From Anthoceros angustus (taxonomy: Eukaryota > Plantae > Anthocerotophyta): a stretch of DNA of 64,000 nucleotides. This document shows, piece after piece, positions 11,370-23,449 of this stretch. The stretch covers positions 1,054,001-1,118,000 of the forward strand of contig VJWM01000011.1 in assembly GCA_010909165.1 (NCBI GenBank), given 5' to 3'. The position numbers were made by a program, and so were the translations under genes. Positions within the stretch are counted from its first letter, which is position 1, and every line of letters begins with the position of its first letter. The notes below the pieces were generated by a model. The model had not been told where the DNA came from. It ran no database searches and saw only the letters and a list, made by a program, of their open reading frames with translations.

Positions 11370-14200
11370 ATCGCGAGGGATTGTTTGAGAGTCCACCATT
11401 GCATCCACCGGAATCGAATCTTCTACAGTGCCAAATTCCGCATGCGCCCATCTCCGTAAGGCCAAAGCTATCATCATTCACCCCAAAGCCTCGGTCTTCA
11501 TTGATGTCATTTTGGGTGTCGCTGCTGTCGGTCGCTCGCCATAGATCCAAAGTCTGTCCATCCTCCATAAGTCCTCCTCGCCTTTTCAACCTCTTCGCAC
11601 TCAATGCGACGATTTCGCAAGCCTTTCGCTAATACATACCTCTTTTGCCTGAATCGAGATGGTCCCCTTCGTGGCTCAAAAGTCCCGTCAGACGGCAAGA
11701 CATCAACGCTGTATGCGCTGGGCAATGTAACTCCGCATCTCAAGTCCGCCTATTGCAAGCCCGCCACACAAAGAACGCAGTAGTGTCGTAGTCCCACCTC
11801 GAGCATGCATCAATAACCCGCCTCCCTCCTTGGAGAATGTCCTCACGAAGTTTCATCATAAGACCCAATGGTCTCGGTATGGGCACACTAACTTGTCATA
11901 AACCTCGCTTTGACGCATGAGGGTGTCCAATAATGTATCTTCCATTGTTGAAGGTCCTGCATCACATTTGGCATCATGGCAGCCCCGCCCTTGAACATCC
12001 ATCTTTCACACCCCATCCAACTGTAACGTATTCCACGCCTCAAATCCTCCTCCGTCGTTGTTCATGTTAGTCTTATCCCAAATGAATGACACCAAGCTTT
12101 TGGCACACCACTTCGATAGCCTCCCTACCGTATGGGCTTCTTCAACACCATGCATGACGATAATCTAAGTCGCCATTTTCCGCTTTCTCCGAAACTTTGA
12201 ACAAAGACCCATCATGGATAAATCCATTCGCTTGTCCATTGGCCCGATGTCAAATCCACGGGAACATCCATGACTAGAAGGGTGTATTTCCTTCCCTCAA
12301 AACCCACGCATGTCCGTAACGCTATGGCTTCCACCAATCGACCTGCTTCTTACCGGAACATTGAATATCCGGAGTCCTTCTTGCAAGTCCTTGTCCGCCA
12401 AAGCCCGCCGCTTCTCTAAGCCCTTCCAATTATTGATCTCGAAAATGAAATGGGAGTCGTCGGGCGCTTTGTCAAGACCTCCTTCCGCCAAAACCAAACA
12501 ACTCGTTAGAATGTGAGGCTGCTCACAAACAGCTGAGGGCGCCGCGCGGCCCGCGGCCGGGCCCATCATAGATGAGGGCGCCGGCCGCCGGCCCCACCGC
12601 CGCAGTGAGAGAGAGGCCGCGGGCGCTGCCGGGGCGGCCGCACTATCGCCCGCATGGGTGCGAAGATGGGCCGGCCGGCGCCCCAACAAAGGATCGCAGC
12701 CACGCCGCGCCCCGTGAGAATTGAAAATGGAAAGAAGGTCCGGGAAAATGGCTTACCTTTCCGCAAATGCCGCTTTGGAATCGCGAAAGCATTTCATCGC
12801 TTGAGTGCCGGGATACTCGAACCTCTTCAAAAGAAGAGCAACCAAGTGTGTTAGCCATCGCCACTTGAATAATATGGAATTTCTTCCAAGCGATATATCG
12901 TCATCCATTCCTTTCGTGTCAATGAGACCGCCAAGACTTTCAGAAGGATAAGTATCACGCCCACACTCACTGAATCTTTGAAATGATTTCCAAGGCTTTG
13001 CAAGCATATCTTTTGGCTTCACAAGGTCTATTTTGTTAGCCGCTTGGCCACTTTCCGCCTCACCTTGCTCTTCTTGCTTGTCCCTCATATGCTTCTTCCG
13101 CCTGCAACTCGCTCCCACTTCAGAAATATCTTGTCTACATTTTCCCATACCCTACCCTCTTGTTTCAATGCATAAAATGTGGGTCTGTTGTGTTACATTT
13201 ATAAACATCATCTTCGTGCTTCATCATCCTCAATAAGCCCCAACACCTTATAGTTGAATTTCCATGTCATGGTCATCTGACACCATCCTGCGCAATAATC
13301 AATTCATCACGCAAATACCTCACCGCCTATAAAATTCATCTTCCGGGCTTGTCGACATCGATATGGTCTCGTGGGCGAGGACTCGATCTCGTACATTGAG
13401 ACCACAGACATGAGCCTCCACATCGAAACCGCTTTTGCCGGAGATGTCTGCAAGATGCTTCATTGCCGCATAAGTGTGGTTTCCTCCAAGGACTCCATGA
13501 CATATTTTTGGCCCCGAATCGCCGCCTAGTTTTTCCATGTCATCACACTCCGCAGGATCAATCATACAAGGCAAAACGCCTCTTCAATCCTCCTTTCGAT
13601 ATAACACGCGCCAAATAATTGGCCCATGCTTCATCCACCTCCGACTGCATCGCCAAAGCGGCGTCGTCAAGGTTCTCAATTTCACCAGCGCTTCCAATAC
13701 TACCGTGATATGTCGCTTCGACCCGTGTCAAGGGTCTTCATCCGGATAGCTTCCGCAATCCTCTCCTCGGTCTGTTGTCACATGAACAAGTGGGAATGTC
13801 ACCCACATTTTCCACCCTCTGCAGCTTTGTTGCCTTTCCTCTTTGCTTTTGCTTTAGGATGGTCCTCCGCTTCCTCCTCCCCGATCTCCTTCAAAGCAGA
13901 TCCCGCCTTTCCCTTAGGCCCTTCCTCCTCTCGCAGCCCTGTAGGGGCCGCCGCCGGGCGCCTCCTCCCGCCTCATGTGGTGCCTCGAGGCGCCTGGTGA
14001 GGGCCGGCCGGCCGCCTGGTTCACTCAGCCTCCAAGAGCTCCACGCCAAGAGCACCAGCCTCCCGACCGCTGCTGATGAGCCGGCTACCGGCCGCCCCTC
14101 TACCACCTCCACTGTCGAACCCCGGTGTTTCATAAGGCATGAAAACCCCGCATCCTCGTATCCCTAGCGTCCGAATTTTCTTCATCCGAATGTCCAGATA
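11370..14200 (-). pseudogene. Frameshifted ParB/Srx-like domain fused to a beta-class DNA amino-methyltransferase (N6A/N4C), TE-associated
   Basis: ParB-like part (13700-13320): LAMQSEVDEAWANYLARVI..(L)PCMIDP...VLGGNHTYAAMKHL...GL..R.LA..(H)ID. Helical linker ALKQEGRVWENVDKIFLKWE (~13170-13110). MTase motifs in beta order: KYTLLVMDVP/xGF (motif IV, ~12285-12255); SFIWDKTNMNN../VEYVTVGWG (~12095-12010); PRPLGLMMKLREDILQGGRRVIDACSRW..TTAF..ACNRR..AE (KP-like plus motif I, ~11885-11735). Confidence 0.7.
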
Positions 14201-14249
14201 TCGCATTGGCCATAGTCTTCATCCTCGGGGCCACCGTGCCCTCCTCGTC

Positions 14250-14860
14250 GCCGTCCTTCTCTTCCTCCGCCACGCACCTCGGCTCTTGCGCGCAGCCATG
14301 ACCCTCCTTTGAACGATCGCTTGTGTGATTTCCGACACAACGTCCCCGATGAACGCATTCCCCATCACAGAGCCTCGCGAATGAACAATGCTCAGGTTAG
14401 ACAACCGACGAAAGCATAAACATTGGAAAGCAAATTGGATGAGTTGCGACCGACTCCGCCACATTCTAAACAATCCAAAAGCTCGCGTGTTCGCACTTCT
14501 TGATCACAAGATTGTTGAACCCGATCTCGAACGCCTCAGATAGCTCGGGACTGTCACCGCATCAAATTCTTGGGGCCTTGTAATGCAGCAATCGTTACAG
14601 GATCCCCATTGACATGTCCAATGTTGCCACACAGCCCACCCAAATTGCCCGCTGATTTGGCAAAGGCATCCTTGTAACCCATAATAATCCTTGTATAACG
14701 GCGGCCCAAAACATGCCTGCCTTTGCTGGATCTGAACAACCATCCAATCCTTGTCCAAGACCTTCACGATCCATCCGTGCTCTGTGCCGAATGTAACCGC
14801 TCCTCAAGTCAGTATGGCTAAGGAATAGGAGCCACCCTCTTCCCACCCTTCCCCCTTCTC
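14250..14860 (-). pseudogene. Myb/SANT (trihelix)-like ORF remnant
   Basis: SWTRIGWLFRSSKGRHVLGRRYTRIIMGYKDAF resembles the trihelix W..I...M...G......C...W..L...YK pattern; multiple frameshifts. Confidence 0.4.
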
Positions 14861-14949
14861 TCCATGGCCTCTCGATTTTGTTGAAGCCGAGCCTGTGCTT
14901 CCAGACTTGAGTGGCCCCGCCTGGAAGCCGCCCGCCCGGCTAGCATGTC

Positions 14950-17250
14950 CTCCCAGACAGAGGTCTTCCTGCAAATCGCCGCATGCGCCTTCTCGCCAAC
15001 ACTTTGCTTTCCCGCCGCTGGACAGTTCGGGATCCGGACGGCCGCCCGATCCTTCTTTTTCGCCCATCGCCATCACCTTCACCAAGATAGGCCAATTCGA
15101 TGGGCCTTCCTTCTCCGTAATCACCGACCGCAAACAACAACGCGGCCAATGGATTCACAACCTGCAAACTCGAAAGTGAGAAAACCTGAGCTGCGCCCGG
15201 CCTCCCGCCCAATTTCTCCGCTCCGCAATCAGTTAGAGATGGCGCCCGCACTCGCCGCCACCGCCTCGAAGTCCCGCCACCGCCCGTCGCACAAAGCCAA
15301 TTGCTCGCCGCTTCGTGAGGACTGGTTGCGCCCACGGTTTGTATGCCAAACTTGCTTTTTAAACGCCGCCGTAACTCGCTCACCTCCAATAATTACTTTA
15401 AGTTAGGGTTTCGTTGCTCCAACTAGCCGATGGTTCGAACTTGGTCACATTATTAACGCCGCCATGTTGTACATGTTAACGCTTCACCGCTTCCTATTAT
15501 GTGGGTTTGTTTAATTATAAACCATAATGACTTTCCACATTTGCCTCCACCGCAAGCATTAGTAACTTAACGACGCTTTCTTCAACAATGGTTTTATATG
15601 ATCATATCCATCAAACGGCCTCCCAGAAGGCTTAGACATTTCAAATATTTGATGTTAGAATGAACCTTGCCTTCTTCAACTCCTCCACTATCGCCCCACT
15701 CTAAGACGCCAACAAAATGCTACCACCATCGGGTAGAGGACGACGATGTAAGTCAACGCTACCGAATGTCGTCGTGGATGCGCGCTGCAAACATGTCCTC
15801 ATTCGCTTTGATTGTGCGATTGACTTTGCGGATGGTGAGGGTCAATCCCAATATGAAAGACATCTTCAAAAGAACGGCGAGGAGAATTCTCCTCGCCGAG
15901 GAGAATCACTGGTGGACATGTAGGCAAAAGTGTGGCGAAGTAGAAGATGCGCATCAAGTTTTCAATGCTTGAGCATTCTCGCCTTGCAAACGTGCAAGAC
16001 GCTTGCAACTTTGTTGTCCACGCATTTTCTCATGGCTTCAACATCCGTCCGCATAATTGCCACACTACATCTCTTTCACATTTCACATGGATGCACAAAT
16101 CGGTGCAAACACGGAAAGTGAGAAAACCTTGGTATTGGGTAATCTCCTCGCCCAATTTCACGGCGTTCTACGCAATCAAGGGGTTAGAGATGGCGCTCAC
16201 TCTTTGTCCCGCTCACGAAGTCCGGACCCGCTCACCGCTCGCGCACAAAGTGAATTGCTCGCCGTTTCGTGAGGTAGTTGCGCTCCACGGTTTGTATGCC
16301 CGTAAACTTGCTTTTAGCGCCGTAACTCGTTCACCTCTCCACTGAATAATTACTTTAAGTTAGGGTTTCCTGGTTGCTCCAACTGGCCGATGGTTCGAAC
16401 CCCGGTGGGCACATTATTAACGCCGCCATGTTGTACATACATGTTAACGTCTACCGCTTTTTCCCATTGCGGGTGGGTTTGTTTTAATTATAAACCATAA
16501 TGACTTTCCCGTTACTTGCCTCCACTGCAAGCATTAGTAACTTAACGACGTTTTCTTCAACAATGGTTTTATACGGTTGGTGACTGTTATCCATCAAACG
16601 GCCTCCCAGGAAGGCTTAGACATTTCAGCGTATTTGATGTTAGAATGAACCTTGCCTTCTTTCAACTCCTCCACTATCGTCCTACCTCGGAAGACGCCCA
16701 ACAAAATGCTTCGCGCCACTCATCAGCGGAGACGACGATGTAAGTCTTGGCTTTCGATCGAATATAAATCGTCGTGGATGCGTTGCGCGGTGCAAACATG
16801 TCCTCATTCCCCTGTTTGATTGTGCAGATTGACTTTGCGGATGGTGAGGGTCAATCCCAATATGAAAGACATCTTCCAGAAAAGCAACGGGCGAGGAGAA
16901 TTCTCCTCGCCCGAGGAGAATTCACTTGCCTGGTGGACATGTAGGCAAAGTGTGGCGAAGTAGAAGATGCGCATCAAGTTTTTCAATGCTTGAGCATTCT
17001 CGTCTTACAAACGTCGCAGACTGCAACTTTGTTGTCCACTGCATTTTCTCATGGCTTCAACATCCAGGTCATAATTGCCACACTACATCTCTTTCACATT
17101 TCACATGGATGCAATATTTCGCGAAAGAAAGTAGAACATCAACACTGGGCGTCCCCCATAGCGCAACCAAAAGAGGAGAAGAGGGCTGGCGATGGGCGAG
17201 ATCGGTAGAATACCAAGCTTAATGGCTCCGGTACTCCTTAGTGTATTCAT
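14950..17250 (-). mobile_element. hAT-family transposase remnant, partly tandem-duplicated
   Basis: Across frameshifts: FWLRY...MF (zinc-finger-like start); AIVEELKKARFILTS (position of the catalytic DE motif); TIVEESVVKLLMLAVEANVES; RRRLKSKFGIQTVG...H...NWL (CxxH region). Confidence 0.5.
15163..17115. repeat. Head-to-tail duplication of a ~0.95-1.0 kb unit (15163-16103 and ~16104-17115)
   Basis: Colinear shared blocks (AATAATTACTTTAAGTTAGGGTTTC, GCATTAGTAACTTAACGACG, GACTTTGCGGATGGTGAGGGTCAATCCCAATATGAAAGACATCTTC) separated by many 1-4 nt indels. Confidence 0.9.
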
Positions 17251-18760
17251 GGATGCTAGTTCATATGGCTTCTCGCATCAAGAAATCACGTTACGAGTTC
17301 TGATGTCCAATTTTTGGTGGAAGTTGTTTGTGACTAAATGACACATGAAGAGGCATGTCTCTTGCACGAAGGTGGTGCATGTCTCTTGCTTGAAGGTGGT
17401 GCATCTCTCTTGCACGAGGGTGTTGTGGAGTCTTGGTTGCGGCTCGCTTCTGCCGTTCCTAACTCTTGCTATGATTTATGTGAGGCACGAAAGCAAGTGG
17501 TGCGGCAGGGGAACCGTGGCTTGTGTCTCTCTGACGCCGGTGGCTCTGTGTCAATGGCACTCGCTTACAATGTGAATTTGTCAATGGCACGAAGCCCGGT
17601 AGGCGTATACAACGTGCAAGATCGCTTTGCAATGGACCTTGTATATGAGACTACGTTGTGAATTTGGTGTAAAGCGTGCGAGGCTGATCCGGCCTTGTCA
17701 TACATTTTACAACATACAAGTGCGCTTTACAGCATGTTGTAAATTAGACTATGTTGTAAAATTGTGGGAGGCCTATCTTGGCCTCTCTTAAACGCTTTAC
17801 AATGTGTGAGGTTTGCAATGGATCGTGTTGTAAATTAGATTAGGTTATGTATGTTGTAAAACATGAGAGAGGCCCGATCTGGCCGTCTCAAACATTTTAC
17901 AACGTACAGGGCTTTACAGCGGACCGTGTTGTAAAACACGGTCCGTTCTGTAACTCTTGTCTTATTTGGAGGAGAGGAGAAGGCGGGAGGAGGTGAGGTG
18001 TGAGAGGTGTGTTTGGGTATACCTCTTCACTCCCACTTGTTGATCATTTTGGAAAGTGATGCTCCAACAACGGATCATCTCCGGTCCTTGTAGGATGGAG
18101 TCGGGTGAAAGCTGCAGATGCATTGCGTTGTGCGTTCGCCCCGCTCCTCGGTATATATTCGAGCGTGCCAGTGAGAAACCAGTCCTCACCAGGTGCGTTA
18201 TATTCCTCTTCTTCATCTTCACGCTCTCTGCAATTGGAGAAGGGGTTGTGGAGCGTAACCTGGTCGAGATGTCGTCCTCCTCTAAGGATGCGAACCCCCG
18301 CCAGCCAGCAAGAGACTCCCTAGGCCGCTTTGCAGCAAGCAAGGCGGCTAGGACAACTGCCTCCTCTGCTGCTCGCAAGGGACCCGGCCACCTTCCTCTG
18401 AAGCTCGAGCCGACCAAGCGGAGCGCCCTCAGCTGTGGCAGTCGAGGACTAGGCGCGAGGCCATAATCGGAGGACATGGGAGGTCCTCCATTGCGGCGCT
18501 TCCACAATTTCTCCCACGCGTGCCCCTCGCCCTGCGCAAAGAGGGAGCTCGGGGCCTCGACCTGGGCTGAGGCTATGTCTGACGGAGGAGGTGAGGCCCT
18601 CACGGCCTCGAATTTCCCTCGAGGTAACCATAAGGATGTGAAGATTGTGAGCCTAGGCAGCGTGCAGCCGGGCTCTCCTATCTGTCGATGCAAGCATCTT
18701 GGTCATGAAGCGGATCGAGTGCGTGAAGTTACCTGCCTCGGTCATGTTGTAAGCCGCTCA

Positions 18761-20535
18761 TGTGACACGGGTTTTGCTTCATCTCGCTCCTACTCCCACT
18801 CGCTCTAAAGCTATCTAATTGCTTTGTGTCTTGACCGCAGGATCTGTCTTGAGGATTGAGGAGGATCTTGTTCCTCCTGAAGATTACATGTGCGGTGAGG
18901 ACTCCGTACTGAGGCCTCCAGTCCTCCGACTCGGAGAATCCAAAGGAAGAGTCCTCCCGGCGACCCGAGAATCTGTGGGATTAGGTAGCAGGGCATGTAG
19001 GCTAGTTGGGGTTAGATAGGAAAGTTCCGGACTCTCCTAACCCCGGACCTCGAACATGCTTCTCGTGCGGCTCTTTTGAAAGAGCTTTCGTTAATCTCTG
19101 CGGGGTTTTCTTGTGTAGGCACATACTCCGGTTGCTTGACTAACCTTCCGCTTGCGTTTGGGATCGTGTTTGAGCTCGGAAGTGAGATCAAGATTGGAAG
19201 TGAGATGAGGAGTCAAAGTGTGAGCTCCTCTTCACTCGAGGTCACCGGATCCTTCAACCTTAGCTAAGGATCTAAATACTCCTATGTGTTTTTCGGTGGA
19301 ATCACCTCAATGCCATTACACTAATGACATTTCGTCGCATACGGTCCTTCAACCTCTTCCAGATCTGCGGTGACATTTCAACATTTCAACATGCCTCTAC
19401 ATTTCGGATGTTACGACTAACCATGCTTCGTGAAATCCCTCAGATTGGTTTTCAATTCGGCATACTATGTAGATTATCGCAAGTGAAGGCCTATCGAAAC
19501 TCTATACCTATTGCGTCTATTAGAAATTAGCTCAGGCGGTACGCCTTCTTGGCGCTGGATTGGCCATTTCATTAGGCGACTTTGTCGCTAATATGCAAGA
19601 ACTCGCATATCATTGTATTACAAATCTTTATATGTAGCACGCCAATCGTGATTGTCCTAGTGTATCTCCATTGGAATTGCGGAAGGCGCAATCCAAAGGA
19701 AGTACACTAGGATTCCTACCTAGATTCGCAGTTGCTATAAAATTTTCAACCGGTATACTCACGGCCTAGGTTGAACTCACTACTCCACCATGGAGTAGCG
19801 AGATTATACATGTCTGACCGGGCCCTTGATGAGTCGGCCAATTTTACCCCTGCAGTCTACCTAACATGCATATATAGCCCTACATGCAATATCTAGAAAA
19901 CGGAATTCCCATGGTTCAAGGAAGTTGCCTTCCTCGGCCCTCGAAATAGGTTTCTATCTACATGCTACTTTTCCCAAGGACCAAGGAACATCCTTCCGAA
20001 CCCCAAGACCAAGGACTAGGTTTCTATCTACATACCATTTTCCCAAGGACCAAGGAACATCCTTCCGAACCCAAGACCAAGGACTCGAAATAGGCTTCTA
20101 TCTACTTGCTACTTTTCCCAAGGACCAAGGAACATCATTCAAACCCCAAGACCAAGGACTTGAGTCTGCTTTCTTCCCAAACCCCAAAGACCAAGGACTT
20201 GAGTCCTACCTATTTGAATAGATAGGACTACGGACTCGGGTAGCGGACTTGAGCGGCCACCGGTGTGACCACACCAAGTAACCGTCCTCCCATCACCACT
20301 TCCTAGGACTCCCCTCTTGTGCGTGGGAAACTAGGCGAGGTAAGAGGAGCTCGCTCACGACATTCGTGCAAGGAGTCCGTGAGGTCCTCGGGTTAAACAA
20401 CATGTTCAAGCCGACTTGTTGGATGAGAAGCTTGTTTCTTTGAATATGCAGTGGGTCATTGTGCTTCTCCTTCCAAGTCGAGCTCTCCCAAGCCGAGCAC
20501 AGGAGGTGTGCGGATTGGATATGGGAGTCGTGACA
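18761..20535. mobile_element. Probable solo LTR (~1.8 kb)
   Basis: Termini TGTGACAC...GTCGTGACA (TG...CA with short inverted ends); non-coding. Flanks do not form a matching TSD. Confidence 0.45.
19940..20200. repeat. Tandem ~70-80 bp repeat, 3-4 imperfect copies
   Basis: Recurring TTTCTATCTAC..TTTTCCCAAGGACCAAGGAACATCCTTCCGAACCC.AAGACCAAGGACT. Confidence 0.85.
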
Positions 20536-20559
20536 CTGTAACCATCGACGTTATGTGAG

Positions 20560-21620
20560 TAGGAAAGCTTCGAGGCCGTTGGAGCTCAGTAAAATCTAGC
20601 GTAGATAGACTATTCTATTCCTCACCATCTTATATGTCGTGCTAAAACTTTGTGCGAGATAAGAAGGACATGGTTGTGGGATGACGCGTTCATGATCTCA
20701 CATCAAACTTGGGTGCAGTCAATCACATACTTGGGGAACCATATCTTGCGGATGTATGTATCCGGAGGTAGGCTACGGAGGGTGGGCAAACCAAATCCCT
20801 TCATGTGGTTTTCAATAATCTCACATGCTACACATGGGGAGCCTAATGAGGCGATACAACTTTACTATGCGATGTGTCGCTCGGTGTGAAGGCGGATGCC
20901 CACATCTTTGTAGCACCCTTCAAGCTTGTGCATTTCTTTGTGGACACGGAATCTAGCGAGAAAAGTGCGGCATGATATGTTGCAGTGACATTCCACCGAA
21001 CTTGTTTATTGCCAATCGTGGACATGTACGCATAGGTAATGTGGAAGAGGCACACACGGTTTTCGATAGGTTAGGCGAAAGGATGTCGTGACATGGACGG
21101 CCACGATAGTTGGGTATGCAAATCATGGGCTTGGCCAAGAGGCGCTTGTTCTGTATGGACAAATGGAGAAGGAGGGCACGATTGTGGGCAACCATGTTAC
21201 CTTTGCTTGCCTTTTGAAGGCATGTGCAAGCATTGGTGCCTTGGAAGGCGGTGCACTCACATTGTGGAGAGAGGACTAGATAACACACTTGTGGGCACTT
21301 GCACAGTGGACATGTAGGCAAAGTGTGGCGAAGTAGAAGATGCGCATCAAGTTTTTCAATGCTTGAGCCCAAAGGATGTGGTGACTTGGAATGCCACGAT
21401 TCTTTGGGTATGGACGGAAGGGCTTGGTCAAGAGGCGCTATTTTTGTATGGACGAATGCAGGAGGGCACTTGTGGTGATGAGGTTACTTTTGCTTGCCTT
21501 TTGAAGGCATGTGCAAGCATTGGTGCCTTCTAAGAGGCGGTGCACTCACACTTGTGCAAAGAGGACATTTGGATAACGTACTTGTGGGCGCTGGTGGACT
21601 GTGCCAAGATGCATGCCTCG
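20560..21620 (+). pseudogene. Degenerate PLS-class PPR gene fragment
   Basis: Fragments TWTATIVGYANHGLGQEALVLYGQMEKEG..NHVTFACLLKACASIGALEGG and LVDM*AKCGEVEDAHQVF, with stops and frameshifts. Confidence 0.85.
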
Positions 21621-23449
21621 TTTTTGTGACAGCTAGGAAAATTCTTACCGACATTTACAATGCTGGCACTATTTATAAATCGATAAATTTGTATAACATT
21701 TTACAATGTATTTGCAATGAACATGCCACATCACAATTTCACTAATATATAGCCTCATAAATGACATAAATCAAAAGGTCTCTTCCACATATTTACAACG
21801 GCATTTGCGACAAGCATGCCACATCGAATCTTACTAATATATAACCTCATAAATTACATAAATAAGGAAAAGGTCTCTTCCAAAATTTTACAACGGCATT
21901 TGCGACAAGCATGCCACATCAGCAAATAATATATTTATTCATGGATATTGGCTGGCTTGTGCATTTTACAACCATAGTTCTGACGCATGTGCCACGTCAA
22001 GAATATACAATAAAATGAATAATCCAATAATATAACATAAATTGGAGAAACCATTTTACAATGATATTTGCAATGAGCTTGCCATGTCAGCAAATAATAA
22101 ATTTATTTATAGATATTTATATAAAATGGTTTTCATGCGTTTTACAACCATAGCTACAATGCATGTGACACGTCGATAAATACAAAAAAAAAGATAATCC
22201 CATAACTAACATAAATCCAGAGAAACATATTTACAACATCATTTGCAACGAACTTGCCACATCAGCAAATAATAAATCTATTCATAGATATTCCAATAAA
22301 TGGTATTATTCCAAAAATCAAGTCTTGCACAATTTACAACCACATCTACAACAAACATGGTTTACAACGTCTTTTACAAGTACCGTTTACAACATCCTTT
22401 ATGCCACGTCATTATAAATTCAACAAAATGTAGTTTTATTAACAAATAACCCCCATAGTTTTCTAAATCAAAAGAGTTTATGCACAATTAACGTCATGTA
22501 CATGAGCAAGCCATGTCAACAAACCCCGTTGTAAAATTTGTGTCAACATGCCATGTCAACAAATCCCGTTGTAAAATTGTGTCAACATGCCATGTCAACA
22601 AACCCTTGTAAAATCCATGCCACATCATATTAGTTAGGAACCCTTGTTGTAAATGTTCAAAAACTTACAAGGCTTTGAGTATAGTAAGAGTGTTGTAGTT
22701 TCCTCTAACTAAACTTAGACCCATTTGTAAAGGTAGCCCCTCCTTGTAGTGGAAGAGCGGGCCCGCTAAGCGTCAGCAGTCGGGCACAAGACATCTCCGC
22801 CTCCACGCGCCACTCACGGGTCCTCAAGGTTTGTTTCATCACCCGATTCTAATGGAGTTGACTTTGTGAATTTTATCCTCTACTAGCGAAGTCTTTGCCA
22901 CAGTTCAGAATCTGGAGGTGGCCGACATCGCCGGCTCGGCCTCCCTACCATTCCGTGTGCCCGCGGACACCAAGAAATCTTAACCCAGATGTCGCTGGAA
23001 GGATCCCCATGCAAACAACGGTGTGAGCAATGATAGCTAGAAACCGAGGCCCTCCCAAGGGTGGGCTCGAATGCGTGGAGGCAGTTGTTCGGCTGCGGTG
23101 GAGTCCGTCACGCACCATCAACGGCGAAGGCTGCGGCACCATGAAGAGGCGGGGATTTCGAGCGATCCGGAGATCGACATCCGCCATCTTATCACCCCAA
23201 ACCGATGAGTGAGACTTTGGTGTCTGCAGAAACTACGAGTGTCCGGTGCGAGGCGAGTGGGGGTCTCAATGAGGAAATGTGAAGTCGAAAGTATCAACAT
23301 TGATTTGAAGGCATGTTGCAATCGGATGTGTGAGCCAGTTGACAAAAGAAAGGTTTCGTGAACAACGATATCGCTATTTACGGATGGGGAGGCGAGGCAG
23401 AAACATTTTGGAATCCCGATACGAGTTGTGCGGCGGATGCAGGTAACGT

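Larger units (their letters stand above)
17640..22751. mobile_element. CACTA (En/Spm)-type element remnant with right TIR and subterminal repeat fields
   Basis: The end at 22751 reads CACTACAAGGAGG on the minus strand. Dense TTTTACAAC/GTTGTAAAA repeats at 17640-17960 and 21640-22660. Left TIR not found. Confidence 0.6.
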
